Shown in pieces: positions 26,538 to 36,500 of a stretch of DNA of 64,000 bases. Origin of the DNA: a virus. Location of the stretch: positions 1-64,000 of IMG/VR virus record IMGVR_UViG_3300037245_001837; one strand, written 5' to 3'. The translations under genes and the position numbers were made by a program. The notes beneath the pieces were generated by a model. It was given only the letters and a program-made list of their open reading frames with translations, was not told the DNA's origin and did not search any database. Position 1 is the first letter of the stretch, and the number at the start of each line of letters is the position of its first letter.

Positions 26538-27023
26538 CTAAGAATTAAAGTAATTTCCCAAAACACTTTTAACTTTACTTTCAACATCAAGTTCAGTTTT
26601 TCTATTTTTAGATATAAATAAACTAGTATTTGAAAGTGAATTATAAAACTCTTTAACAATACTGATGCTTTTATCAGTTAGCTTAAAGAGTTTTGTGTTG
26701 TTGTTAGAATAATCCTCAACAATATATTCAGCTATCAATAAATAATCCAGTTTAATTTTACGATCAATAACCATAACAGTAAATTCAAAAAGATTTAATT
26801 CTTTTAAATAGATAAGAACCAAAAGCCAATCATAGTCTAATCCATATTTAACAGTTAATTTTTGAAGGCTAAATATAGTATATGCTGTATTCAATTTATC
26901 ACTCTCAACAACTAAGGTTTTCTTATCAAATAACACCTCACTAGTTAATGAAACCTTCTTAACACTCCTGATGTTAAGGCTTTTTTCTCGCTTAGTATCT
27001 ATTTTTCTTATTTTCATTACCAT
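26538..27023 (-). CDS. Hypothetical protein, possibly winged-helix regulator
   Basis: Only long ORF in the gap; LFKLTDK wing-like motif. Confidence 0.55.
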   Translation of the reverse strand: MVMKIRKIDTKREKSLNIRSVKKVSLTSEVLFDKKTLVVESDKLNTAYTIFSLQKLTVKYGLDYDWLLVLIYLKELNLFEFTVMVIDRKIKLDYLLIAEYIVEDYSNNNTKLFKLTDKSISIVKEFYNSLSNTSLFISKNRKTELDVESKVKSVLGNYFNS

Positions 27024-27089
27024 ACTGCTAAAATAAATTATTTTTCGTAGATTAGCAATTCATTAGATTAATTAAATCAAAACACTATT

Positions 27090-27440
27090 ATGAAAAAAAT
27101 CTTTTTTGTATTATTAACGGTATTCATGATTACTTTATCTTTTGCTGACACATTTGAGAATGATGTTGGTGATAAATATAAAATCGAAAATACCCAAAAC
27201 TTAGATGTGATGACAGCAACATTAAATGTTGTTGAAATTCCATTATTCAGCAATCAGTTATTAAGAGATGAAATTAGTAATGATTTTATTCTTTTATGTA
27301 ATGATTCTGGAGAAGAAGAAATTGTAGGCTGTATGATTCTTAAACTTCCTGATATTGATAGGATACAAAATCATTATAAAAACAGAACTTACCGTAATTA
27401 TAAAACAAGAACAGCGGGAGGACTACCCTATGTCTGCTAA
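27090..27440 (+). CDS. Exported hypothetical protein
   Basis: Signal peptide MKKIFFVLLTVFMITLSFA; followed by terminators. Confidence 0.65.
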   Translation: MKKIFFVLLTVFMITLSFADTFENDVGDKYKIENTQNLDVMTATLNVVEIPLFSNQLLRDEISNDFILLCNDSGEEEIVGCMILKLPDIDRIQNHYKNRTYRNYKTRTAGGLPYVC

Positions 27441-27461
27441 ACATATCATATAAAATTATTT

Positions 27462-27496
27462 AAAAACCGTTAAACATTGATTTAACGGTTTTTTTT
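27462..27496 (+). terminator. Rho-independent terminator
   Basis: AAAAACCGTTAAA-cattga-TTTAACGGTTTTT plus T-tract. Confidence 0.8.
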
Positions 27497-27546
27497 ATTT
27501 AATTTAGCAACGTTTTTATTATTATCACGAACCTTTGTGATGCTAT

Positions 27547-27582
27547 ACACCTCTATTAATCCATTTTAATAGGGGTGTTTTT
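27547..27582 (+). terminator. Rho-independent terminator
   Basis: ACACCTCTATTAA-tccatt-TTAATAGGGGTGT plus TTTT. Confidence 0.7.
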
Positions 27583-27645
27583 ATGTCTTTTCCATAAATT
27601 CCAGAAACATTACCACTACCAACCACATGTATTCTTTTTAGTTTT

Positions 27646-27653
27646 TATGTTTG
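27646..27653 (+). promoter_or_regulatory. Bacteroidota -7 promoter box for the scaffold/capsid operon
   Basis: TATGTTTG 25 nt upstream of ATG 27679. Confidence 0.6.
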
Positions 27654-27678
27654 CATTAGAAATAATAAATATCAAATA

Positions 27679-28875
27679 ATGGAAACTAATGAAAGTAATG
27701 TAAAAGTTTTTGGAACACCTCAACCTGTTACAGAAACACAAAGTCCTACAGTAGAAACCAAAAAAGTTGAACCTACTACTCCAATAGTTGAAACTCCAAA
27801 ACAAGAAGTTAAACAGGAAACTGTTATACCTAAAGTTGAGGAAAAAAAAGTTGAAACTACTAAAGTAGAAGATAAAACCAAAAAAGTTGAAACTGCAAAA
27901 ACAGATAAAACTGAAAAGAAATCTGATTTCAAAGTATCTTTTGAAAATGAAGTTAAAAAAACTACCGAATCAACCACTAAACAGGAAACTGTTAGTGTTA
28001 CTGAAGAAGTTGTTGCAAAATTTCTTAAAGACACTTATAACATTGAAGTCGAAAAATTATCAGATTTATCAAAAAAGGAAATATTACCTGAATCGGTAGC
28101 CAAGTTTGCAAAGTTTAACAAAGAAACAGGTCGAGGAATCGATGATTTCTATAACGCTCAAAAAGATTGGGTAAAAGAATCCAAAGATGATACGATTAAA
28201 GAGTTCTACAAATATCAATATCCTGACATGTCTGAAGAAGATATTGATACAAGACTAGACCTTATTAAAGTTTCAAAAGATGATGAAGATGAGTTAGAAG
28301 AAAGAGACTTGAAACAACGAAAGTTAGATTATAATACGGAACATTCAAAAGCGTTGAGTTTTATGGACAAAAAATCTAAAGAGTTTCAAACACCTTTAGA
28401 AAATCAAACTGTTCAACCAAAAAAACAAACCCCAGAAGAAATAGCGGAAACGTATAAACCTTATTGGGATGCTAGAGATAAATCGTTAAGTAAACTAAAA
28501 GAAATTAAGATTGATCTTAATGGTATTGGAGATATTAAATTAGAAGTTTCAGACGAACATCGTGATTTAATTTCAAAACATACTGAAACAGAAGAATCTT
28601 TTTTTGGTCGTTGGAAAGATGATAAAGGAATTATTCAAACAGACAAAAGTTCATTAGACACATTATGGTCTATTCCAGAAATTAGACAAAATTTAATTTC
28701 TAGTATGCTTGAACAAGCAAACACATTAATACTTGAAAATTTCTCTAAAAACAACAGAAATGTTACTTTAGATAAAATTGCTCAAGTTAATGAAAATGAA
28801 AGTGGAGCATCCGTTAAAGTTGTTGGAGATCAAAATAGCCAACAAGAAAAGAAAATGGGTTCACCACTATTTTAA
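27679..28875 (+). CDS. Putative capsid scaffolding protein
   Basis: Low-complexity KKVET-rich N-terminus, acidic helical body, directly upstream of the MCP. Confidence 0.6.
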   Translation: METNESNVKVFGTPQPVTETQSPTVETKKVEPTTPIVETPKQEVKQETVIPKVEEKKVETTKVEDKTKKVETAKTDKTEKKSDFKVSFENEVKKTTESTTKQETVSVTEEVVAKFLKDTYNIEVEKLSDLSKKEILPESVAKFAKFNKETGRGIDDFYNAQKDWVKESKDDTIKEFYKYQYPDMSEEDIDTRLDLIKVSKDDEDELEERDLKQRKLDYNTEHSKALSFMDKKSKEFQTPLENQTVQPKKQTPEEIAETYKPYWDARDKSLSKLKEIKIDLNGIGDIKLEVSDEHRDLISKHTETEESFFGRWKDDKGIIQTDKSSLDTLWSIPEIRQNLISSMLEQANTLILENFSKNNRNVTLDKIAQVNENESGASVKVVGDQNSQQEKKMGSPLF

Positions 28876-28898
28876 AAAAATTAAAACACTAAACGATT

Positions 28899-30296
28899 AT
28901 GGCACTTACAAACGTACCAACAAACCCTCACAATAATACATCACCGAATGTATTAGATAACGGGAATTATGCAGACCCTTTTGCAATTGCAGCAGTAGTT
29001 GCAGCACAACAAGGTTTGCCACAAGACCTTTTAGACCAAGTACATACTGATTGCGCAGCATTAGTAAAAAACTCTTGGTTAGGATTTTTAGATATGTTCC
29101 AAATGAACATGTCATTTGAAACTGATTATATTCAGTTTATTGAGACTACTACTCCAGACTACGTTATTGATGATGACGGTGCTGTAACAAGAGTAGCTGA
29201 TGTTTTTACTATCGATTGGTCAGCAGTAGAAGGATGGGAAGTAGGAGAAGAAGCTTTTTTCTTTAGATTAGAAGATGTTGTTCAGATTTATGACGGAACA
29301 GTTGTTGAAACTGGTGTTATTACCGCAATTAATAAAGCAGCAAACACTTTTACAGCAATCACTAGAGATGGTGCTGCTTGGACAGGTGCAGTTTCAGATA
29401 TTACCGTTCAGGTAATTGGTGGAGATCATGACAAAGGCTCATGTGGTCCCGAAGCTCTTTTAGAATTGAGAAAAACGAAGTCTAAGACTCAAAAAATGCA
29501 AATTATCAAAGATGCTATCAAAAATAGCGGAGGTAATAAATATCAATATTGTTTCCCTAATGGTGAAGTAATGTGGTATGATGATAATACTTTAGAACTT
29601 GATCGAAGATTAAACACTAAAATTGCAACAACATTGTTGTTAGAAATTGAAAGTGATGTAGCTTCTCCTGCTTATGCAGCAGGTAAATATGGTTCTTTAG
29701 GATTATTTGCTAATCTTGAAGTTAACGGACTTGTTAATACTGGATACTTAACTACTTTAGCTCACGTACAAGCATTAACTGCTTATTGGGATACTTTAGG
29801 ATATGAAAACAGAGAATTTGTAGCTCACGTTGATCAAACACAAGTTAGACATTTTGAAACAATTGCAGGTGAAATTGCAACTTCATTAAATATCCAACTT
29901 AATGTTGAATTAAGAAATGCTCCTGATAACTTTGCAAAATATGGATTCAGTTCTATTTTAGTTGATGGTTATACTATCAATTTCACTAAATGGGAATTAA
30001 CTACTGGTAACAGTCCTCTAGGTAAAAATAGAATTCAAGAAGCTATGCCAAAAGGAATTATAATGCCGATGGGAACAGTTCCTACGAAAATTAACGGTGT
30101 TGAAAAACGAGTTCCTTATATCTTTAAAGCATACCAAGATCACGGTAAATTAGGTAAAGGTGGTATGGTAAGAACATATATGACTGGTGGATTTGCAGGT
30201 GGAAATGGTTCTAACTGTGAATATCTTAAAACAGATAAATCAACAACAGTAGCTATTATAGCAGTATGTCCAGAAGCGATAACTTTGATAAAATAA
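28899..30296 (+). CDS. Major capsid protein
   Basis: 465 aa between scaffold and a strong terminator; Ala/Gly-rich; resembles crAss-like/flavophage MCPs. Confidence 0.75.
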   Translation: MALTNVPTNPHNNTSPNVLDNGNYADPFAIAAVVAAQQGLPQDLLDQVHTDCAALVKNSWLGFLDMFQMNMSFETDYIQFIETTTPDYVIDDDGAVTRVADVFTIDWSAVEGWEVGEEAFFFRLEDVVQIYDGTVVETGVITAINKAANTFTAITRDGAAWTGAVSDITVQVIGGDHDKGSCGPEALLELRKTKSKTQKMQIIKDAIKNSGGNKYQYCFPNGEVMWYDDNTLELDRRLNTKIATTLLLEIESDVASPAYAAGKYGSLGLFANLEVNGLVNTGYLTTLAHVQALTAYWDTLGYENREFVAHVDQTQVRHFETIAGEIATSLNIQLNVELRNAPDNFAKYGFSSILVDGYTINFTKWELTTGNSPLGKNRIQEAMPKGIIMPMGTVPTKINGVEKRVPYIFKAYQDHGKLGKGGMVRTYMTGGFAGGNGSNCEYLKTDKSTTVAIIAVCPEAITLIK

Positions 30297-30336
30297 TCAA
30301 TTTAAAGAAATAAAGAAATCCATTATTTCTATTTTT

Positions 30337-30375
30337 AAAACCGATACAAGATTAATTTCGAGTATCGGTTTTTTT
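30337..30375 (+). terminator. Rho-independent terminator after the MCP
   Basis: AAAACCGATAC..GTATCGGTTTT plus T-tract. Confidence 0.75.
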
Positions 30376-30414
30376 ATTGAAAATAGTCCATTTTTTTTTA
30401 TCGAGATTTATTGT

Positions 30415-30422
30415 TACATTTG
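30415..30422 (+). promoter_or_regulatory. Bacteroidota -7 promoter box
   Basis: TACATTTG 24 nt upstream of ATG 30447. Confidence 0.55.
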
Positions 30423-30446
30423 GTTAATCTTAAAAATAGAAATATA

Positions 30447-31214
30447 ATGGCTAACTTCAGAACATTAAAACCGCAAAGAGCAGCAGTTATTGTACAACAA
30501 CCAATTGTATATTATCAAAGAAACTCAAAAGGAAAAACAACAAAAAAACGTCATATTCAGTACGTTGAAGATTTAGAAACAATCTTTGTTGATGAGCAAA
30601 GAAAACTTGTTGACAATCCAAAACCTTCACCAATTTACATTGCAAAAGGAGTATTAAAAATAGATGATGACAACTTACCTATGTTGGAATTAATGAGCAA
30701 ACACCCTCATAATCAAGCTAACGGAGGTACTTTATTCAGATTAGTTGATGTTGAAAAAGATGATCTTTATGAAGTAAAGCAATCTGAAAAAATAGATAAA
30801 GCTAGAGCATCCTTAATTGATATGGATGACAATTTAATTAGAGCTGTCGCAGCTTGGTTCTTAGGTCATAGCTTTATCAGCAAAAGTATTCTAAAACTTA
30901 AAAAGACTTTAAGAAGTAAATTGGAAATGAACTTCAAATTAACCGATGGTAAAACATTTTTCGTTGATGCTTTTACAGAATTTATCGAAGAAAAAAACAA
31001 CGAAGAAAAGTTAATGGTTATGTTAGCTATTCAAAAAGGTATAATTACCATTATCAATGGTAAAACAGTTGCTTGGGGTAATTCCGATGAACCTATTTAT
31101 AATGGTTCACAACCAAATTACATTGTTCGTGAATTTTCTGTTTGGGTTAAGAATGATGAAGAAGGAAGAAACGTATTAAAACTTATCGCAGAGAAAATTT
31201 CTAACTTAAAATAA
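30447..31214 (+). CDS. Conserved protein downstream of the MCP (virion/assembly-associated)
   Basis: Position; IQYVE..IFVDEQ..HPHN; ATG 30447 preferred over TTG 30411. Confidence 0.6.
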   Translation: MANFRTLKPQRAAVIVQQPIVYYQRNSKGKTTKKRHIQYVEDLETIFVDEQRKLVDNPKPSPIYIAKGVLKIDDDNLPMLELMSKHPHNQANGGTLFRLVDVEKDDLYEVKQSEKIDKARASLIDMDDNLIRAVAAWFLGHSFISKSILKLKKTLRSKLEMNFKLTDGKTFFVDAFTEFIEEKNNEEKLMVMLAIQKGIITIINGKTVAWGNSDEPIYNGSQPNYIVREFSVWVKNDEEGRNVLKLIAEKISNLK

Positions 31215-31220
31215 ATAATC

Positions 31221-31502
31221 ATGGGGGGAAAAAAAGAATCATTTCAAATTTGTCTTCAAAATAAAGTTAGTAAAGAAATTGAAGAGGTTGAAATCTATAC
31301 GGAGTCAGCAACCGAAAATATCTATCAAAGATTAATTAAGCTTCAATTACAATATTGTAATGATAAAAATGTTAAAATAGTCATGCAAGAATATCTTATT
31401 CAAAAAAATGAATCAGATAAGGGTAAAACATACGAAATGGCAGTTGCAGAATCAAATTGTGATTATTCGTATATTTCAATTATAAAAGAATTAAAAACTT
31501 AA
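31221..31502 (+). CDS. Hypothetical protein
   Basis: ORF track. Confidence 0.6.
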   Translation: MGGKKESFQICLQNKVSKEIEEVEIYTESATENIYQRLIKLQLQYCNDKNVKIVMQEYLIQKNESDKGKTYEMAVAESNCDYSYISIIKELKT

Positions 31503-31512
31503 ATAAATAATC

Positions 31513-31839
31513 ATGAAAGACACTAAATTAACTGCTTATGTAAGCGAGAAACACGTATTGGCTTTTGAAATTGGAGAAATCAAAAAAACAAAAACAGAAG
31601 GAAAGGGAAAAAATAAAGTTGAAGTTCCTATACAGGGAAGCGGAGCTATTATTGTTCCTGAAAACAAAGAAATTGATCCTGTTCGTGTAAACAATATGTT
31701 CTTAGCGAAATTCAAACCTGTTAAAGGTGATTTTTACGTTATTGAAGAAGGACAGTACCCAATAATTAAGAAAGCAAAAACTTTTCTGGAAGAATATGCA
31801 GAAGTAGCAGAAGTAGAGGAAGTTAAAAAAAAAGACTAA
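31513..31839 (+). CDS. Divergent paralog of 26260..26535
   Basis: YVSEKHVLAFEI..GAIIVPE..KFKPVKGDFYV..FLEEY aligns by eye. Confidence 0.65.
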   Translation: MKDTKLTAYVSEKHVLAFEIGEIKKTKTEGKGKNKVEVPIQGSGAIIVPENKEIDPVRVNNMFLAKFKPVKGDFYVIEEGQYPIIKKAKTFLEEYAEVAEVEEVKKKD

Positions 31840-31892
31840 CTCCGAATAATACTTCAGAAGAAATACAAATAAATCCTATTAAAGGATTCTTT

Positions 31893-31927
31893 AAAAAGCT
31901 TCTCAATTAATTTTGAGAAGCTTTTTT
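31893..31927 (+). terminator. Rho-independent terminator
   Basis: AAAAAGCTTCTCAA-ttaatt-TTGAGAAGCTTTTT. Confidence 0.8.
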
Positions 31928-31966
31928 GCATTACTAATAAAAACGCATTCAACTATTAAAATTAAT

Positions 31967-31974
31967 TATATTTG
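31967..31974 (+). promoter_or_regulatory. Bacteroidota -7 promoter box
   Basis: TATATTTG 18 nt upstream of ATG 31993. Confidence 0.65.
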
Positions 31975-31992
31975 TGAAAACATTAAATAATT

Positions 31993-32679
31993 ATGTTAGA
32001 TTCAATCTATAAGACTGTTCAAGCGATACTAAATAAGGATCAACTAGGTTATTTAAAACCTTTAAAATTCAACTTATTTATAAGAAATGCTTCAAGAAAA
32101 ATATATAACGGATATTTAACAGATTTAAAATCTAATGTTCGTAAAATGAATTGGATGCTTGATGGTAAAGATTTTGCAAAACTATCAGAACATACACAGC
32201 AATTACTAGAACATTTTTCAGCAATAGAACCAATAACCAGAACAACAAATTTTGTTTTTCCTGATGATTTTGAATATGTCGAAGATGTTTTTACAGGTGA
32301 TACTAGAATAGAAAAAATAAATTACAGTGATTATCAAGATTTACAAAGTAATAATTACGCACCACCAAGTACCTGCAATCCTATTTGCAGTAAGGTAGGC
32401 AGTGCTTTATTGGTTAGTCCTCTTAGTATTACAGCAATAAATTTACACTACCTTAGAGAGCCTAAAATTGCGAATTGGACTTTTGAAGAGGTTGATGGAA
32501 AACCAATGTTTGACCAAACAGCAAATGATTATCAAGATGTTGATATGCCTAAAAGCGCATACGATGAATTAATAAGTCTTGTGGTTGAAATGGGAGCAAC
32601 ATACCTTAGAGATTTTAATGTTGTCCAAGGAGCAAATGCCGAGCAAGTACAAGATACTAATCAAGAAAATAAGCAATAA
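31993..32679 (+). CDS. Tail tubular/ring (adaptor) protein
   Basis: IYKTVQAILNKDQLGYL.P..FN..YLREP..W; position before the muzzle gene. Confidence 0.7.
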   Translation: MLDSIYKTVQAILNKDQLGYLKPLKFNLFIRNASRKIYNGYLTDLKSNVRKMNWMLDGKDFAKLSEHTQQLLEHFSAIEPITRTTNFVFPDDFEYVEDVFTGDTRIEKINYSDYQDLQSNNYAPPSTCNPICSKVGSALLVSPLSITAINLHYLREPKIANWTFEEVDGKPMFDQTANDYQDVDMPKSAYDELISLVVEMGATYLRDFNVVQGANAEQVQDTNQENKQ

Positions 32680-32682
32680 ATT

Positions 32683-33504
32683 ATGTCAGTAGCCACTAAC
32701 GATCAGCAATATTACGAAGATAAGGAATTATGGGGTGAGGATATGTTTACAAATCTAAAGGATATTATAAATAATATTCTTATTACTGCTGATGATGATA
32801 GTTATTTTAAACATTCCAAACGGTTTAGAGCTTCTATCTTTGGTAAGCAAATCATAAAATCACTAAATGTTGATGTTCAAAGCAAAGACAAAGCAATAAG
32901 CATTCAACTTTCTCCAAGTCAAATATTTCCATTCCCTAGATATATGACAAACTGGAGTAGAATTGGAGTAATGAATAAATGCGATAAATTAAGTGTTTTA
33001 AACATTAATAACAATCCTACTACTCACGATTATTTGCAGGATAACGAATGGAAATTACTCTATGATGAATCTGGAAACGTTTTACGTGGTGCAGATTTTG
33101 ATGCTCAAAAAGGTGATTGCTGCTTAATCGTTCAATGTGAAACAGTAACTACTACTGAATGCAATGATTCAGAATTTAAAAATAGTTGGGTAAAAGAGAA
33201 TAAAGAAGGTAATTACTTTGAATTTAGTGAAGATTTAGTTGATCAGATTATTGTTATTGAATATCAGACAGCAGGTTTAGATACTATTGATGATTGCGAT
33301 ATTAAAGTACATCATTATTTAGAAGATACAGTAACCAGAGGTATCCAATGGAATCTTTTAATGGGTAAAAGAAATACTCCTGATAAGACAGTTTTTTATT
33401 ACGAAGACCTTTATAAAAAAGCCAAGAAGAAGAGCAAAAATCTTTTAGCTAAAAAAATAACAGTTGAACAAATGTTAAAAGCTATCGATTTAAGAACAAG
33501 CTAA
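32683..33504 (+). CDS. Tail ring/structural protein
   Basis: Position; PRYMTNWSRI..IVIEY pattern. Confidence 0.6.
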   Translation: MSVATNDQQYYEDKELWGEDMFTNLKDIINNILITADDDSYFKHSKRFRASIFGKQIIKSLNVDVQSKDKAISIQLSPSQIFPFPRYMTNWSRIGVMNKCDKLSVLNINNNPTTHDYLQDNEWKLLYDESGNVLRGADFDAQKGDCCLIVQCETVTTTECNDSEFKNSWVKENKEGNYFEFSEDLVDQIIVIEYQTAGLDTIDDCDIKVHHYLEDTVTRGIQWNLLMGKRNTPDKTVFYYEDLYKKAKKKSKNLLAKKITVEQMLKAIDLRTS

Positions 33505-33514
33505 CACCTACGCT

Positions 33515-36500
33515 ATGCCAAAATTAATAAATACATTTATCGAGGGTATGATGAATAAGGATACCTCAAAGTCTTTAGTTAATAATTCTCAATATAGACA
33601 CGCTGAAAATTTAAGATTCCATGTAAATAATGGAGATGATGGAACAGGTGTTAACATTAAAGGAACAGTACTCAAAAGTGATGTTACAGAAGGGAATACC
33701 GACCTTAAATGTATTGGAGCATATTTTAATACAGATAAAGATGTTATTTACTATAAATTAGCAAGTACAAATGGTCAAATCAGTATTGATGCTGAATATA
33801 ATATTGGAACAGATACAACAACAATTGTACTTAAAGATACAAATGGAGTTCTAAAATATGATAAAACTGGATATGTAACAGGATGGGATGAAATAGATGG
33901 TTTACAAATTTGGTCTGAATGGGGTAATAATATCAGAAGAATAAATACTGAAAGAGCAAAAACTTATGGCGTAAATGGATTTACTGAAGAAGATATTGCC
34001 TTAATTGTAAAACCTCCACTACAAAAACTAAAACTAACTTTAGAGGATACAACTACTCCTGCATTAGAAGAAAATAATATTGAAGAAAAATTCATATCGT
34101 TTTCTTACAGATACAGATATTTAGATGGTGAATATAGTGTTTTAGCTCCATTCACTGAGTTTGCTTTTTTACCAAACAAGTTTAAATATAATTATGGCGA
34201 ACAATCAAATGAATCAATGGTTAATAAGTTTAATCAGGTTCTAATTGAATTTAATACTGGAAACGAAAGAGTTACTGAAATTCAACTAATTTTCAAAGAA
34301 AGCGAAAGTAATTCTGAATGGATAATTGATGATTTCAATAAAGAATTATTAGGTTATGGAAACGATGAAGCCAGAACATTCAAATTTAATAATAACAAAA
34401 CATTTAGAGCTTTAAGTGATCTTATAATAAGAGAATATTTCTCAAATGTTCCATTAACTGCTAAAGCACAATGTATAATTGATGGCAGATTACTTGTAGG
34501 TCATTATAAAGAAAACTATGACATTAAAGATGATTTACTTGCTAAAATAGAACTAGATTACTCACTTTTATTAGTTGCTATTGATAATACTGAAGTAATA
34601 GATATTGGAGGCGTGCCAACCACAGTTCCAACATTAAACCCTTTAGAAACCTGTAAAAGCAATAGGGATTATGAAGTTGTTATGGTTTATTTAGATGGGT
34701 TCGGAAGAGCTACAACATCATTACAAAGTAAAACAAACACTTTATACATAAATAATTCCAATAATATTACTGGTAATTCAATAGATGTAATATTAAAACA
34801 TAAACCTCCGTTTTGGGCAAAACATTATAGATTTTTCATTAAGCAAACCAAAAAGAATTATGACCAATTATTACCAGTTGTATTTTATGAAGATGGCGTA
34901 TATCGTTGGGTCAAATTAGAAGGAGCTGATAAGGATAAAATAAAAGAAGGTGATTATTTAATTGTAAAAGCAGACAGTCAAGGAATTTTAAACACTCTTG
35001 TTAAGACTAAAGTTTTAGAGATTACACAACAAGAAAAAAACTTCTTACAACCTGATGATGTTACTGATAAAATAGAAGAACGAAGTGGACTTTATTTTAA
35101 AATTAGACCAGACGGATATAGAATAGATTTAGATGATTTCGATAGTTATTTATTAGAAACATACGATAATACAAGTAAAGCATACAATAATCCTGTTAGG
35201 GATTTAACACAATATATAAGTCAACCGCATTTTTATGGAGACACTTTAGATGATCTAGTTTCATCAGGATCATACGCAGGAGCTTCTGGAACTAGAACTA
35301 GATATTTGATTCAAATAGACAACATACAATTAGCTGCAAAAGGCACTGTAACTTTAAATTCAGGAGCTTCTGGATCAGTAGATAGCATAACTGTTAATGG
35401 AGTTGAAATATTAAGTGGTTCAGTTCCATTTAATACAGATTTACCAAATACAGCATTAGATGTTGCTGCAAACATATTAGCAAATACATCATCTCCAAAT
35501 TATACAGCTATTGCAGTAGGAAATATAATAACTATTACAGCAGTAACATTAGGAACTTCTTCTAATGGATTTGCAGTAGTATCATCTGCAACAACAATAA
35601 CAACAACAGATGCAAATATGTCTGATGGTTCTGAAAATACTTTTAAATGGAGTGATGACGAAGGAGCAACCTATGTAGCTGAAAATATACCAATAACAGG
35701 AGTAGCACAATTATTAGATAATAATGGAGTATCAATAACATTTGGAGCTTTAACAGGTCATTCACTATCAGATGAATGGAATATTAATGCAAGAGCTATA
35801 TTTTCTGTTGACGGAAACTCAAAAGCTTATGGTTTTTTCAGAACAGAAAATAATCATAGTGAGAATTTAGAAGATTTTGAAGCTGAAGAAATAAATATTG
35901 GAGCAAGAATTCTTTTAGAATATGACGAATATAGTGAAGGTGATGACTATTTTCTAATTGATGAGACTTCAAACGATAAATACGACAATATTCAAGAATG
36001 GTTTTTTAAAGAAGATATTATAGCAAAAATAGAAACTCAAGGAAACATAACAATTACAAATGTATTTTTTGTTAGAGGAGTTTTACTTTATGATGATACT
36101 GCAACTCAAATAACACAAAGGGATGCTGATGGAACAATGACATTATTAATAAAATCATATGCAACACAAAATAATGATTTTGATAAAAGAGTAAAGGTTA
36201 GGGCAAAAAGTGAAATACTTCAATCAGACAGTAATAATATTATTCTTTTAGAAACTGAACCAACAGAACAACCATACGAAACATTTTATGAAATTGGAAA
36301 AACATACGATATAACAGGAGGCTATCATATATCTGACACAGATATACCAACCGATGTAAATCAATCATTAGGAGTAGATTTAAGAGTTAAATTAGATTGG
36401 TTTAATGCTTATAGTTATGGTAATGCTGTTGAGAGTTATAAAATTAAAGATGAGTTCAATAGAAAAGGATTAGATGTAGGTATTCGAGTATCAGCAGCAT

